From: Erysipelotrichaceae bacterium
Lineage (GTDB): Bacteria; Bacillota_I; Bacilli_A; Erysipelotrichales; Erysipelotrichaceae
Assembly (NCBI GenBank): GCA_017405785.1
Contig: JAFQZR010000024.1
Location: 14,750-78,749 of the forward strand
Length of the DNA stretch: 64,000 nt
Reading direction: 5' to 3'
Both the position numbers and the translations under genes were made by a program. The notes under the pieces were generated by a model. That model did not search any database. It was not told where the DNA came from and was given only the letters and a program-made list of their open reading frames with translations. Shown piece after piece: positions 27,550 through 38,330 of this stretch; the first letter of the stretch is position 1; each line of letters opens with the position of its first letter.

Positions 27550-28722
27550 TTAAATGCGGGCTACACCGGTTCTTCTGGCGGCTTCAGCTACAGCCTTGGC
27601 TACGGTCTTGCCGACTCTTGGGTCAAAGGCCTTAGGAAGGATGTAATCCTCGTTAAGCTCTTCATCGCTTACCAGTGAAGACAGAGCCCGGGCTGCCGCC
27701 ATCTTCATCTCTTCGTTGATGTCACTGGCACGGCAGTCAAAGGTACCACGGAACACTCCCGGGAAAGCCAGGACGTTATTGACCTGGTTAGGGTAGTCGC
27801 TGCGTCCGGTTGCCACGACCTTTGCTCCTGCTGCCTTTGCATCTTCATAGGAGATCTCAGGCATCGGGTTGGCGCAGGCAAAGACGATCGGGTCACGGTT
27901 CATGGTTCTGACCATGTCGCCGTTAATGGTATTAGGAGCGGAGACACCGATGAAGACATCGGCACCCTTAATGACATCACTTATCTTTCCGGTTTCCTTA
28001 TTCAGGTTGGTAACCAGGGCCATCTCTTCCTTGATCCAGTTGAGCCCTTCTCTTCCTTCGTAAATGGCACCCTTACGGTCGGTCATGATGATGTTCTTAA
28101 AGCCTGCGGATAACAGAAGCTTTACAATGGAAATGGCTGCGGCACCGGCACCGGAAGTAACGATCTTAACCTCTTCCTTCTTCTTGCCTACGACCTTCAG
28201 AGCGTTGGTTAAGGCTGCCAAAGTGATGATGGCTGTGCCGTGCTGGTCATCGTGGAAGATAGGGATGTCGCATTTTTCCTTCAGTTTTCTTTCAATTTCA
28301 AAGCAGCGCGGTGAAGAAATGTCTTCCAGGTTGATGCCGCCGAATGATCCGGAGATCAGATAAACAGTATTAACGATTGTATCGACATCCTTTGACTTGA
28401 TGCAGATCGGAAAGGCATCCACATCGCCGAATGACTTGAACAGCACACACTTGCCTTCCATTACCGGCATGCCGGCTTCCGGTCCGATATCCCCCAGACC
28501 CAATACCGCGGTACCGTCGGTAATGACGGCACAAAGATTGTGTCTTCTGGTCAGTTCATAACTCTTGTCTACATCTTTCTGGATTTCCAGACATGGCTGG
28601 GCTACACCTGGTGTATAGGCCATGGTAAGGTCTTCCTTGGAACTTACCGGTACTCTTGAGACAACCTCAATCTTGCCCTTCCACTGCTGGTGGCATTCCA
28701 GTGATTTCTGCATTACATCCAT
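27550..28722 (-). CDS. NAD(P)-dependent malic enzyme (short MaeB/YtsJ type)
   Basis: [26 protein letters not shown] and GAGAAAISI motifs. Start set at MDVMQKS (ATG 28722, GAGGAG upstream) rather than ORF-track position 28767. Confidence 0.9.
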   Translation of the reverse strand: MDVMQKSLECHQQWKGKIEVVSRVPVSSKEDLTMAYTPGVAQPCLEIQKDVDKSYELTRRHNLCAVITDGTAVLGLGDIGPEAGMPVMEGKCVLFKSFGDVDAFPICIKSKDVDTIVNTVYLISGSFGGINLEDISSPRCFEIERKLKEKCDIPIFHDDQHGTAIITLAALTNALKVVGKKKEEVKIVTSGAGAAAISIVKLLLSAGFKNIIMTDRKGAIYEGREGLNWIKEEMALVTNLNKETGKISDVIKGADVFIGVSAPNTINGDMVRTMNRDPIVFACANPMPEISYEDAKAAGAKVVATGRSDYPNQVNNVLAFPGVFRGTFDCRASDINEEMKMAAARALSSLVSDEELNEDYILPKAFDPRVGKTVAKAVAEAARRTGVARI

Positions 28723-28723
28723 G

Positions 28724-29839
28724 TTATTTCTCCTCAAACGGGAAGACATATGGCAGATTATGTTCATCCCTTAACGCGATCATTTCTTTCTGTACCGCTT
28801 CATTTACCGGTACGCCTTTGTCTTTTCTTTCCTGCCATACCAGATACTCCTTTTCACCGGCTGTATAGATCCTGTCGTGACCAGGAGCCTTCCGGGAAGC
28901 CCTTAACCGACGGCAGATCTCTCCGGCTGTCTTTTTGAATGTTTCCAGACCCATGAAGGCTTCCGGATCGATTACAAAGAAGAAGTGACCGAGATGATAC
29001 ATCTGAGGCTTGCCTTCAGCGGATACACCGCTTAAGGCCTTCATGAATTCACCGCCGGCTAAAGCTGAAGACAGTATTTCAACTACCGTGGCATAGCCAT
29101 AGCCCTTATAACCGGCCATTTCATCACCCGGACCTCCTCCTAATGGAGCCAGGGCAGCCGTACCGTCAACCAGCATTTTCAGAATGGCCTTGGAATCAGT
29201 AACGGTTTCCCCGTCATGAGTTACGACCATGCCGGCCGGGGTTTCCTTACCGCTGCGGGCATAGAATTCGATCTTGCCTCTCTGAACGATTGAAGTGGCG
29301 CAGTCCAGAGTGAACGGGAATTCCTCATCTGTCGGAATTGAGAAGGTCAGCGGGTTGGTTCCCAGCATGTTCTCAACACCGAAGGTAGGCGCAATTGACG
29401 GTCTGGCATTGGTACCGGTTATGGCAATCAATCCTTCCTTGACAGCCATGTCAGTCCAGTATCCGGCAATGCCGTAGTGGGTTGAGTTTCTGATTGCTCC
29501 GCCGGCCATGCCGTATTCCTTGGCCTTCTTTATCAGTTTTTCCATCATGGCATGCGCGGCTACCATACCCATGCCGTCATGAGCGTCCATTACGACGGTG
29601 GTCGGTGTTTCCTTAACGATTTCCAGATTGGTTACCGGCAACAGGGTGCCTTTGACGATTCTGTCAATGTAAATTGGTTTGAAACGGTTGCATCCATGTG
29701 ATTCAATACCCCTTCTGTCTGATTCCAGAAGAACATCAGCACATATTTTGGCGTCTTCTTCCGGTACTCCATAGGCCTTGAACACATCAACCATGAAACC
29801 ACCCATCATTTCCCATGGAACATATGGTCTGTTTTCCAT
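28724..29839 (-). CDS. Ldh_2-family (malate/L-lactate/L-sulfolactate type) NAD(P)H-dependent oxidoreductase
   Basis: 371 aa with ESHGCNRF, AITGTNARPSIAPTFG and LAPLGGG..AGYKGYG patterns. Its stop codon lies 1 nt before the malic enzyme ATG. Confidence 0.8.
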   Translation of the reverse strand: MENRPYVPWEMMGGFMVDVFKAYGVPEEDAKICADVLLESDRRGIESHGCNRFKPIYIDRIVKGTLLPVTNLEIVKETPTTVVMDAHDGMGMVAAHAMMEKLIKKAKEYGMAGGAIRNSTHYGIAGYWTDMAVKEGLIAITGTNARPSIAPTFGVENMLGTNPLTFSIPTDEEFPFTLDCATSIVQRGKIEFYARSGKETPAGMVVTHDGETVTDSKAILKMLVDGTAALAPLGGGPGDEMAGYKGYGYATVVEILSSALAGGEFMKALSGVSAEGKPQMYHLGHFFFVIDPEAFMGLETFKKTAGEICRRLRASRKAPGHDRIYTAGEKEYLVWQERKDKGVPVNEAVQKEMIALRDEHNLPYVFPFEEK

Positions 29840-29901
29840 AAAAGTATTATCCTCCTTGTGTTATCACATATTATATTGTGAATTAATTATCATTCATTTT
29901 A

Positions 29902-29931
29902 ATTATAGCTTGTCTTGCCCTTTTATGACAA
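29902..29931 (-). promoter_or_regulatory. Candidate sigma-A promoter of the Ldh_2/malic enzyme operon
   Basis: On the minus strand, TTGTCA (29931-26), an 18 nt spacer, then TATAAT (29907-02). Confidence 0.55.
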
Positions 29932-30005
29932 AGGAATAGGCTTTATTTGTGAAATAATTTATTTTGTGGTCAGACACAAAAAAAAGGACTTAGTCCTTTC
30001 TTTTC

Positions 30006-30914
30006 TTATCCGAGGTTTTCGCCCAGGAATCTGATGATCCTGTGCTTGGCTTCCTCATTCCAGAAGAAGCTGTGTCCGTGGTCAGCGTTATTGATCATGA
30101 CCATTGAGGCATTGACTCCCCTGGCCTTCAGAGCCTTATAGAAATCCGTGCTGTGAGACAGCGGTACCAGACGGTCCTTGTTGCCATGCATGATCAGAAC
30201 TGGTTCCAGACGGGCACGCAGATTGATGTAAGTGAAGGCACTGGCATCTTCATACTGTTCTGGATATTCGTTGATTGGCTTTTCAAACAGATTCAGACCC
30301 AGATAGCTGTTGGCTTCCTGGGAAAGACCGGTTTCTCGACTTGCCAGATCCTTAATATCAGTAACACCGTAGAAGTCCAGCAGACCTCTTAAGGCAGGTA
30401 ATTCTTCTGTTTCATCAGGGTTATCAAGTAACGGCGTATTCCAGGTCAGAAAACCCAGTATAGCCGTATGACCGCCGCTGGAGTCACCGGCCAGAAAGAC
30501 ATTATTCATGTCGATAGGATATTCACCGGCATGCTTCTTAATGAAGCGGGCTGCCGTCTTGAGATCCTGGATCTGAGATGGGAACTTGGCCGTGAAGGCA
30601 TCGCGGTATTCAATTACGGCTACCGCATAGCCTGACTTGACTATCGGATAATAGTCGCCGAAGTTGCCCATCAGGTTCTGTGCCATCCAGGCACTGCCCT
30701 TGACATGCATTATCAGCGGATATCTCAACGCATTGGCATTTTCCGGAAACAGGAAGCGGATGTGCAGATCCTTTCCGTCCTTTTTCCGGTAGGTGACTGC
30801 ATCAGGACAGTCCACTCTGACGTATTCAAAGTCCCCTTCTATTATCTCCATTCCCTCAGCCTTATCGGTCCACTTCGGGAATTCAGCATAACTGTATTTA
30901 AAATCAAACGGCAT
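30006..30914 (-). CDS. Alpha/beta hydrolase (esterase/lipase, HSL-like)
   Basis: Nucleophile elbow GDSSGGH and a late HG..D..V/ADHGH region. Start set at MPFDFKY (AAAGGAG 8 nt upstream). Confidence 0.8.
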   Translation of the reverse strand: MPFDFKYSYAEFPKWTDKAEGMEIIEGDFEYVRVDCPDAVTYRKKDGKDLHIRFLFPENANALRYPLIMHVKGSAWMAQNLMGNFGDYYPIVKSGYAVAVIEYRDAFTAKFPSQIQDLKTAARFIKKHAGEYPIDMNNVFLAGDSSGGHTAILGFLTWNTPLLDNPDETEELPALRGLLDFYGVTDIKDLASRETGLSQEANSYLGLNLFEKPINEYPEQYEDASAFTYINLRARLEPVLIMHGNKDRLVPLSHSTDFYKALKARGVNASMVMINNADHGHSFFWNEEAKHRIIRFLGENLG

Positions 30915-30927
30915 ACAACAACTCCTT

Positions 30928-31734
30928 TCAATCAATATTCTTGAGAATGAATTCAGTGGTCTTGCCGGTCAGAATGGCGCTCTGATACATCTTGTCATCC
31001 CATAAGCCGAAACCGTGATTGGCGTCCCAGATCAGTACCAGTTCCTTATCCTTCTCCGTAGTCAGTTCATTATATGCTTCAATTGAGTATTTCGGCAAAA
31101 CGGTATCGTCAACCAGGCCATGGCAAAATATGACATTTCCCTTAAATGATCTGACAGCACCCGGAACATCATATTTCAGCATCCCGTCATAGAAGGCTTT
31201 GGACAGATGGATCCAGGTATCGTCAAAGGCGTTGTAATACATGGCATAGCCGTTTTCTTCAGCTTCAGCGACCATGCTGTGACCGTCAGGAGCAAACATG
31301 AAAGGCTTCAGGTCATCAGCCGGCATGATGGCTGATGTCCACAATGCCAGAGTATCGATCTGATGCCTTTTTAAGGCGCTGTAAGCGGAAACTACTCTCC
31401 CACCCATACTGTATCCAACAAGTACGATTCGTCTTACAGAAGGCTTTCTGACGGCTTCTATGCAGGCCTGTACATCATCAAGAGAATTATCCAGGCAGTA
31501 AAGATCAAAAGGCTCACTGCTTTCGCCGCAGCCGCACTGATCCATCATGATGCATGTGAAATGATGTCTGGCCAGTTCTCTGGCAACTGTCAGGAAACGG
31601 CCGCCTTCTGTCCTTTCGGCCTTGAAGCCATGGACAAAGACTGCCAGGTATTCAGGTTCCCCTTCACACTCAACTTTTGTGACCGGTATTAAAGTATTCC
31701 TTACGGATAAAACATGATCATTATATTCCTTCAT
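30928..31734 (-). CDS. Alpha/beta hydrolase
   Basis: HGF oxyanion region (VFVHGFKAER) and nucleophile elbow GYSMGG. Start set at MKEYNDH (GGAG upstream). The ORF-track extension to 31833 would cross the upstream terminator. Confidence 0.75.
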   Translation of the reverse strand: MKEYNDHVLSVRNTLIPVTKVECEGEPEYLAVFVHGFKAERTEGGRFLTVARELARHHFTCIMMDQCGCGESSEPFDLYCLDNSLDDVQACIEAVRKPSVRRIVLVGYSMGGRVVSAYSALKRHQIDTLALWTSAIMPADDLKPFMFAPDGHSMVAEAEENGYAMYYNAFDDTWIHLSKAFYDGMLKYDVPGAVRSFKGNVIFCHGLVDDTVLPKYSIEAYNELTTEKDKELVLIWDANHGFGLWDDKMYQSAILTGKTTEFILKNID

Positions 31735-31820
31735 TCTTATTATCTCCGTTCTTTTTTCCATATATATTATCTCACAATTATCCCGATTCGTTTCCATAAA
31801 AATACATATCATCACACAGT

Positions 31821-31844
31821 AAAAGGAGCTCAAAGAGCCCCTTT
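31821..31844 (-). terminator. Terminator after the sugar ABC permease genes
   Basis: The minus strand reads aaaggggcuc, loop uuu, gagcuccuuu, then u: a 10 bp stem including one G-U pair. Confidence 0.6.
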
Positions 31845-31869
31845 ATGTTAATAGAATGAATTGGGGTTT

Positions 31870-32802
31870 TTAGCCCTTTACCGCACCGGCTGTTACACCT
31901 TCAACATAATACTGCTGTAAGAACATGAACAGCGTGACGATAGGAACGGCAACGATGACGCATCCGGCGGCGAACTGGGTGAACAGGTTGGTATCCGGGT
32001 GGGTACCAAACAGCATTGAATACAGTCCGACTGATACGGTCCAGTAAGCGGCATTGTCTGCACCGATGATGACCTTGGCGAAGATGAAGTCCATCCACGG
32101 ACCGGTAAAGCTCATCAGTGCCTGATAGATGATGATTGGCTTGGCCAGTGGCAGAATGATCTTCATAAAGATCTTGAAGTTAGTGCAGCCGTCCAGCTTG
32201 GCTGATTCAACCAGAGCGTTAGGAATGACGTCAAAGAAGCCCTTGGCAACCTGGAAGCCCAGACCGGCACCGGCACTGTAAGCCAGTACCAGACCGATTA
32301 CTGAATTCGCCGGATGGTTCGGGTTACCTGTCAAGCCGATTGACTTCAGCAAGAAGTAAATGGCGATCATTGACATAAAGCCCGGGAACAGTCCGATGAT
32401 CATGGAAATGTTCATGAACCGCTTACGCATCTTGAATTTCAGCTTGGACATACAGTAAGCAACTGAGAGTACCAGGAATGTGGAGATAAGGCAGTCGACG
32501 ATGGCGATCAGCAGAGTGTTGAGCATCCATCTCGGGAAAGCCTTGGCAACACCGTAATAGGTTGAGGTGAACAGATCCTGGAAGTTCTTCAATCCGTAGG
32601 CCTTCGGGAAGAAGTTACTGGTGACTGTACCGATGAAGGTACCGTCAGCCTGATACTCGCATCTGAAAGCTGACAGGATGATCCAGATCAGAGGTACCAG
32701 CCAGATGATGCCTAAGACGATAAGCAGAATGTAGGTGACGGCCAGAGAAGTCTTCTGAACTCTTGACCGGCTTCTTGTTTTCTTTGTAACGATCTCGCTC
32801 AT
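31870..32802 (-). CDS. Maltodextrin/sugar ABC transporter permease (MalG-like)
   Basis: 310 aa with 6 TM helices and EAA-loop ESAKLDGCTNFKIFMKIILPLAKP. Confidence 0.9.
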   Translation of the reverse strand: MSEIVTKKTRSRSRVQKTSLAVTYILLIVLGIIWLVPLIWIILSAFRCEYQADGTFIGTVTSNFFPKAYGLKNFQDLFTSTYYGVAKAFPRWMLNTLLIAIVDCLISTFLVLSVAYCMSKLKFKMRKRFMNISMIIGLFPGFMSMIAIYFLLKSIGLTGNPNHPANSVIGLVLAYSAGAGLGFQVAKGFFDVIPNALVESAKLDGCTNFKIFMKIILPLAKPIIIYQALMSFTGPWMDFIFAKVIIGADNAAYWTVSVGLYSMLFGTHPDTNLFTQFAAGCVIVAVPIVTLFMFLQQYYVEGVTAGAVKG

Positions 32803-34253
32803 TGGAAAGTATCCTCCTCATTATATGCCTTGGAACGTCTGTAAGTGATCAGGGTGATGGTAGCGGTAATCAGGAATGTGAAGATACCGATTACGGCACC
32901 GGTGTTATAGGAACCCTGGTCAATTGTGACCTTGTACAGCCAGGTAACCAGCAGGTCGGTACCGCCGGCCTGATAACCGGTATAGGTAGGACCGCCGCCC
33001 GTCAGTAAGAAGATCGTATTGAATGAGTTGATGTTGCCGACAAAGCTGGAAATCAGATAAGGTGTGGTAACGAAGATAACATAAGGAAGTGTGATCTTCA
33101 TGAACATCTTGACTGTGGATGCACCGTCAACACGGGCTGCCTCATACAGGTCTGCCGGAATGTTCATCAGGATACCTGATGTCATCAGCATGGTATAAGG
33201 AATACCTACCCACATGTTGACAATGATGACCATGACCTTGGCCAGATTCTCAGAATCACCCGGATGCAGACCCAGGAAACCGATTGGCTTGGCGATCCAG
33301 CCTAGGTTGACCAGCATACTGTTGACAGGACCGTATTCACCTAACAGGTTACGGACAGCCAGCAGTGAAATGAACTGCGGTACCGCAATGGTGAAGATGA
33401 AGACAGTACGGAATATCTTCTTGCCTTTCAGGCCCTTCTTGTTGATTAACAGAGCAAGAATGATGCCGCCGAAATAGCAGGATAATGTTGCGAAAATAGC
33501 CCAGATAAATGTCCAGCCTAATACAGGCATGAATCTGTTCTTGATTTCAACACCCAGTGAACCTTCACCGGTAAAGACTGCTCTGAAGTTCTGCAGTCCG
33601 TTCCAGTGGAACAGGTTGGTACCGATGTCGTTCATGTCCTGGCTGTTATATGTGGTAAAGGCCAGGGCGATCATGAAGATGGTCGGCAGGATCGTGAAGA
33701 CCAGAGCGGCAATGCATGTCGGTGTCAGCATGGTGATGTGGAATCTGCTGTCAAGCAGTTCCCTTAAGTCATCAATGAAGCTTGTAGGCTTCTTGCCTAT
33801 CTTCTCATCCATGTCTGCCTTGAAGCTTGAGGAAATGCTCATGCCCCATAACAGGAAGTAGATGATGATGACTGCGATGGTGACAAAACCGAACAGGATT
33901 ATCAGCTTACAGTCGGAACCGATCGAGAATTCACCGGTCATTGGGTCGAAATCGCCGCCTTCATGCAGATGGGTCAGTGACAGATTGTACAGAGCTTTCC
34001 ATCCGTAAGGCGTTCCATTTATAGATGGGCACAGGACCATAAACAAGATTATGGCAATCTGCAATAACAGGAATATTGCACCCTTGATGTACTGTTTGTG
34101 ATAAAAGTTTCCTGCACCGAAAATAAAGTGGGAAAGCTTAGTCCCGAGGGAACCGTCCTCGAAGCGCTTCCTGAAATTGGAGATCGCTTCACCGATCGGT
34201 TCAAACAGGTCTATAGTCTTTTTTTTCGGAACTTTATTTAATGTAGAATCCAT
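32799..34253 (-). CDS. Maltodextrin/sugar ABC transporter permease (MalF-like, long N-terminal extension)
   Basis: 484 aa with EAA-loop EAARVDGASTVKMFMKITLPYV and a 4 nt overlap with the MalG-like gene. Confidence 0.9.
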   Translation of the reverse strand: MDSTLNKVPKKKTIDLFEPIGEAISNFRKRFEDGSLGTKLSHFIFGAGNFYHKQYIKGAIFLLLQIAIILFMVLCPSINGTPYGWKALYNLSLTHLHEGGDFDPMTGEFSIGSDCKLIILFGFVTIAVIIIYFLLWGMSISSSFKADMDEKIGKKPTSFIDDLRELLDSRFHITMLTPTCIAALVFTILPTIFMIALAFTTYNSQDMNDIGTNLFHWNGLQNFRAVFTGEGSLGVEIKNRFMPVLGWTFIWAIFATLSCYFGGIILALLINKKGLKGKKIFRTVFIFTIAVPQFISLLAVRNLLGEYGPVNSMLVNLGWIAKPIGFLGLHPGDSENLAKVMVIIVNMWVGIPYTMLMTSGILMNIPADLYEAARVDGASTVKMFMKITLPYVIFVTTPYLISSFVGNINSFNTIFLLTGGGPTYTGYQAGGTDLLVTWLYKVTIDQGSYNTGAVIGIFTFLITATITLITYRRSKAYNEEDTFQ

Positions 34254-34321
34254 ATTTTCCCTCCCAATAAATAACGTTCTCTTAATAACTCAGATTAAGT
34301 TTATTTCTGTTTTACGTTCAG

Positions 34322-35755
34322 TTATGCCTGTACTGGTAAAGGTGATGGGAAATCCTTTGGATTCTGTCCGTGCATCCACAGATATTCCATCATGTATAAA
34401 CCTTTTCTGATGCCTTCCAGTGATTCAGTTTCGCTGATGATAACATCACCGGTTGTAGGATATGCTGTCTTGTCGATCATGGCACGTAAGACAGCCGGAG
34501 CGTTCTTTGAATAGTAGTAAGTGTTCAGAGTACCTGTCAGGAATGGCTGAGGAATGCCCCATTCGGCCATTTCAACCTGCTTGCAGGCCAGCATGTACTG
34601 GCTTTCTGTTACCTTGCCGCCATCGAAGCATGACTTGATGAATTCGCTGGCACCGACATATGCCGGAACGTTGAGGCAGTTGAGGTATGATTCATTCTGA
34701 ACTTCCTTGCTGGAGAGGTACTTGACCAGTGTCTGTAATGCAGCATACTTGCTGGCATCTGAATGAGCATTGATCATGAAGACCTTGCAGTCAGCGAAGG
34801 TACCGCCACGGTATACATCGCCGGCCTTGACATCGCTCAGACCTTCGCAGGCAGCGGCAGTCAGAGTGAATGTAGGAATCAGAGCGATACCGAGGTTGGT
34901 TTCTGATAAGGCAGCCTTGGCTGAGTTGTAATGCCATGCACCGCCGATAACAGCTAAAGCGCCGCCATTCTTGAGGTCAGCTTCCCAGCCGTCTGATGAT
35001 GCCCACTTGAATCCGTTAGGATCTGCGGCATATTCCTGCAGCCATCTTACGATTGCGACAGTATCATCACCCTGGCAGTATGAAGTACCCTTTGATCCGC
35101 CTGATGCAGCATCAGCACCCTGGTAGATCTTGACTGTTGTGGCATGGTCGGAAACTCTGGTTGCCAGTAAGGCAAAGGAGTTGTTGAATCCGTCATCGCC
35201 TGTAACTGTGATGGCCTTGGTTCCGGCAGCCTTGGCAGCTTCTCTTAAGCCTTCAAAGCTTTCAGCCTGCTGCTCAGTTACCTTATCCTTGTTATAGTAC
35301 ATGAACAGAGCCTGTGAGATATACGGAACACCATATAAGTATGTCTGGCCGTTCAGTGATGAGTAAATGACGTTCTGGAAGGAAGCCGGGTTGTCAGCCT
35401 TTACCTGCCGGATCAGAGATTCGTCAGTGATAGGCTTAGCGCACTGTGTGGCGGCCAGCTTACCGATATTGTCATGTGCAACGGTGAAAATGTCAGCTGC
35501 TGCTGATGGGTCGTTGGTAACGGTACCTGCTACGGCGCCGGTATCCATGCCCTTTACGGTGATTGTATAACCGAAATCAGGATGTGCTGCTACATAATCA
35601 TCGCAGGCTTTCTGATAGAATTCAGCGGATTCCTCACCAACCCAGACGACGATCTTGGTGTCTTCAGGCTTTTTTCCGCCGCCGCCACCGCCACCGCAGG
35701 CTGTAAGAGTGAGAACCATGCACGCTGCCAGTAATAAACTGATTAGTTTTTTCAT
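34322..35755 (-). CDS. Extracellular solute-binding lipoprotein (MalE-like maltodextrin-binding protein)
   Basis: Lipobox LTLTAC followed by a Gly7 linker, in a family 1 SBP context with the MalFG genes. Start set at MKKLISLL (GGAGGA upstream). Confidence 0.85.
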   Translation of the reverse strand: MKKLISLLLAACMVLTLTACGGGGGGGKKPEDTKIVVWVGEESAEFYQKACDDYVAAHPDFGYTITVKGMDTGAVAGTVTNDPSAAADIFTVAHDNIGKLAATQCAKPITDESLIRQVKADNPASFQNVIYSSLNGQTYLYGVPYISQALFMYYNKDKVTEQQAESFEGLREAAKAAGTKAITVTGDDGFNNSFALLATRVSDHATTVKIYQGADAASGGSKGTSYCQGDDTVAIVRWLQEYAADPNGFKWASSDGWEADLKNGGALAVIGGAWHYNSAKAALSETNLGIALIPTFTLTAAACEGLSDVKAGDVYRGGTFADCKVFMINAHSDASKYAALQTLVKYLSSKEVQNESYLNCLNVPAYVGASEFIKSCFDGGKVTESQYMLACKQVEMAEWGIPQPFLTGTLNTYYYSKNAPAVLRAMIDKTAYPTTGDVIISETESLEGIRKGLYMMEYLWMHGQNPKDFPSPLPVQA

Positions 35756-35771
35756 GTTATTATCCTCCATA

Positions 35772-36419
35772 TTAACGAATTGAACTGTATGATAACTTCT
35801 CAATCAACATTGTTGACGTCATGTAATCACATAGCGTCTTATTTTTCTTATTAAGCATGATCATGATGAATCTGATTACCGGTACCAACAGGAATGTCAG
35901 TATTCCGGTTCCCAGATATAATGTCATGCTTTCAAAAACGAATATGAATATGAATCTGCCGACGACCTGGTACCATCTGGCATAGGTCTGTGTCAGTTCG
36001 TTGAACAGTCCGATGCCGGTCGCCAATCGTCCAAGGGTGCCTCGCGATTCATTGCTCAGAGGTATTATCAGAAACAGTACCCCTTCCCGTAAACCCCGGG
36101 CTAGAGCCTTCAGCAGATATCCATGCAGATTGGCTGCGAATAGTTCATCACGGTAGAGCTCATCTGCATTTAACCGCTCCCTGGCTTTTTCCAGATCATT
36201 GCCGTATTCCCTTAACACTGCTTCCTCTGTTTTTCGGCAGTTATCCGCGTGAGTATTATATGCGGATGCCAGTGGTGTCTGCATGATGATGTATGTCAGT
36301 AACAGAAACACCAGCAGCAGAGATACGGTATCAAATCCGGTGGATATGAACCTTTTAAGCAGTATTGGCTTGGAATTCGGTTCGATACTGACGGAACGGT
36401 CAGTATTTCGATCAGTCAT
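35772..36419 (-). CDS. RDD-family-like integral membrane protein
   Basis: 215 aa. The N-terminus KRFISTGFDTVSLLLVFLLLTYII is typical of RDD proteins, and there are 3-4 TM segments. Confidence 0.6.
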   Translation of the reverse strand: MTDRNTDRSVSIEPNSKPILLKRFISTGFDTVSLLLVFLLLTYIIMQTPLASAYNTHADNCRKTEEAVLREYGNDLEKARERLNADELYRDELFAANLHGYLLKALARGLREGVLFLIIPLSNESRGTLGRLATGIGLFNELTQTYARWYQVVGRFIFIFVFESMTLYLGTGILTFLLVPVIRFIMIMLNKKNKTLCDYMTSTMLIEKLSYSSIR

Positions 36420-36421
36420 GT

Positions 36422-38308
36422 TTAGCAGAGTTTCAATTCAATTCTGGTTGAATATACTGAAACGTCCTTGCTGTCGAAAGCCAGTTTTACCTTGTCAGCC
36501 TTGAAATCAGGGTCAACCTTAATGAGCAGTTCTTCATCTGCAGCCTTAACCTTGGCAAAGCGGATGTTGCCGTAGTCGACATATCCTGTTACCTTGCCGG
36601 AGAGGCCTTCTTCGTTTTCCCCAACAATGCGGATGTTATCACGGTTGACAGCGTATCTGTAATTGTACTTGTAGCAGTTGTTGCCGTCGATAGAGTTGAT
36701 CTTATAGCCGTTTTCCGGAGCTGTTTCGATCGTGTAGTCGCCGATATTGTAGAAGAAGTGCAGGACACGGTCACCATTTTCCTTGACTTCAGTCTTGGTG
36801 AATGTGCCGACCATTGATTCTTCATCGCTGACAGCGGCCAGAATATCCTTGCCGTCCTTCCGCAGGTTGATCTTTTCATTTGCCAGAGCGAAATGATAGA
36901 TGTCACCGGCTTTGACTTCATCCGGTACCAGAGCGAACAGATAGCTGTCGCCGTTTACCAGATATGCCAGATTCTTATCGTCGACTTTTTCAATACGTCC
37001 GACTTTCAGTTCAAAGTCATTGCCTTCAACAATGGCATGAGGCGGAATGCCCAGGCTGACTTCACCGTCACCGCCCAGAGCATTGATATATGCTTCCGGC
37101 AGATCGACAGTGTAGCCCAGCAGTTCCATCTTATTGCCAACTGTCTTGGCATGTACGGTATTGAATAATGGAACTTTATTCATTAATGTAACTTCGGTTT
37201 CAGCATCGAAGAAGTGTACCTTTTCAGGGTTAGGTTCAGCATAGACTACGTCACCGGCATTGATGTCGTCTCTGTCAACGACCTTGATAACGATATTCTT
37301 GCCTTCATCCTTCATGGTAAATTCTTCCAGATGGTCGCCCAGCTTGCCGTAGACGATCGTTTCGTTACCTAAGCGTTCAACGTTGGTAACGATAAGTCTC
37401 ATGCCGTGTCCTTCCTTGTTGACTGATACGTGTTCAGGACGGATACCGAAAGTAACGGTCTTATCGCCGTTGAGATAGCTTTCGTGGATCTTGCAGACCT
37501 TTTCATAAGGCAGATTTACCTCGTCACCGTTGACGAATGTTACCTTTACAACGTCCCCTTCTCTCTTCAGAGTTACATCGAAGAAGTTCATCTGAGGTGA
37601 GCCAATGAAGCCGGCAACGAATTTATTATAAGGTTCGTTGTACAGGTTCATCGGAGTATCGATCTGCTGGACATAGCCCAGTTTCATAACGACGATACGG
37701 GTACCCATTGTCATGGCCTCTACCTGGTCATGAGTTACATAGATAAATGTGGTTTTCAGGCTCTTATGCAGTGCCGTGATCTCAGTTCTCATGGCTGCAC
37801 GGAGCTTCGCATCCAGGTTTGACAGAGGTTCGTCCAACAGGAAGACCTTCGGGTCACGTACCAGGGCTCTACCTAGAGCGACACGCTGTCTCTGTCCACC
37901 GGACATTGCCTTCGGCTGACGGTCAAGATATTCTTCAATATCCAGCATCTTGGCGGCTTTTAGAACACGTTTCTTGATCTCTTCTTCAGGCATCTTGCGA
38001 TTTCTTAAACCAAATGCCATATTTTCATAAACAGTCATGTGAGGATACAGAGCATAGCTCTGGAACACCATTGCGATGTCTCTGTCCTTAGGTTCCATAT
38101 CGTTTACCAGTGTGTCACCGATAAACAGGTCACCGGCGGTAATTGTTTCCAGACCGGCGATCATACGCAGAGTGGTTGACTTACCACATCCGGACGGACC
38201 TACGAAGACAATAAATTCCTGGTCAGCAATGTCAATGCAGAAGTCATTGACGGCCTTGTGACCATTCTCATAGACCTTGTAAATATGGGAAAGCTTCAAA
38301 TTTGCCAT
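36422..38308 (-). CDS. MsmX/MalK-like sugar ABC transporter ATPase with a ~240 aa C-terminal extension
   Basis: [24 protein letters not shown] and [11 protein letters not shown], then a canonical TOBE-type domain (FGIRPEHV). Extra residues ~386-628 contain a second TOBE-like segment ([11 protein letters not shown]). Confidence 0.9.
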   Translation of the reverse strand: MANLKLSHIYKVYENGHKAVNDFCIDIADQEFIVFVGPSGCGKSTTLRMIAGLETITAGDLFIGDTLVNDMEPKDRDIAMVFQSYALYPHMTVYENMAFGLRNRKMPEEEIKKRVLKAAKMLDIEEYLDRQPKAMSGGQRQRVALGRALVRDPKVFLLDEPLSNLDAKLRAAMRTEITALHKSLKTTFIYVTHDQVEAMTMGTRIVVMKLGYVQQIDTPMNLYNEPYNKFVAGFIGSPQMNFFDVTLKREGDVVKVTFVNGDEVNLPYEKVCKIHESYLNGDKTVTFGIRPEHVSVNKEGHGMRLIVTNVERLGNETIVYGKLGDHLEEFTMKDEGKNIVIKVVDRDDINAGDVVYAEPNPEKVHFFDAETEVTLMNKVPLFNTVHAKTVGNKMELLGYTVDLPEAYINALGGDGEVSLGIPPHAIVEGNDFELKVGRIEKVDDKNLAYLVNGDSYLFALVPDEVKAGDIYHFALANEKINLRKDGKDILAAVSDEESMVGTFTKTEVKENGDRVLHFFYNIGDYTIETAPENGYKINSIDGNNCYKYNYRYAVNRDNIRIVGENEEGLSGKVTGYVDYGNIRFAKVKAADEELLIKVDPDFKADKVKLAFDSKDVSVYSTRIELKLC

Positions 38309-38330
38309 ATTTTCCTCCTATTCTATTCTA

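Noticed and set aside
29947-29964. Second TTGTGAA half-site upstream of the Ldh_2 operon
   Set aside because: The right half (TTTATTT) matches the Rex consensus at only 3 of 7 positions. The site lies upstream of the -35 and next to the esterase terminator, so it is probably a chance match in A/T-rich DNA.
35677-35700. GGC/GCC-rich simple repeat
   Set aside because: It encodes the Gly7 flexible linker directly after the lipobox cysteine of the MalE-like lipoprotein. This is an ordinary lipoprotein tether, not an SSR locus or a CRISPR-like repeat.
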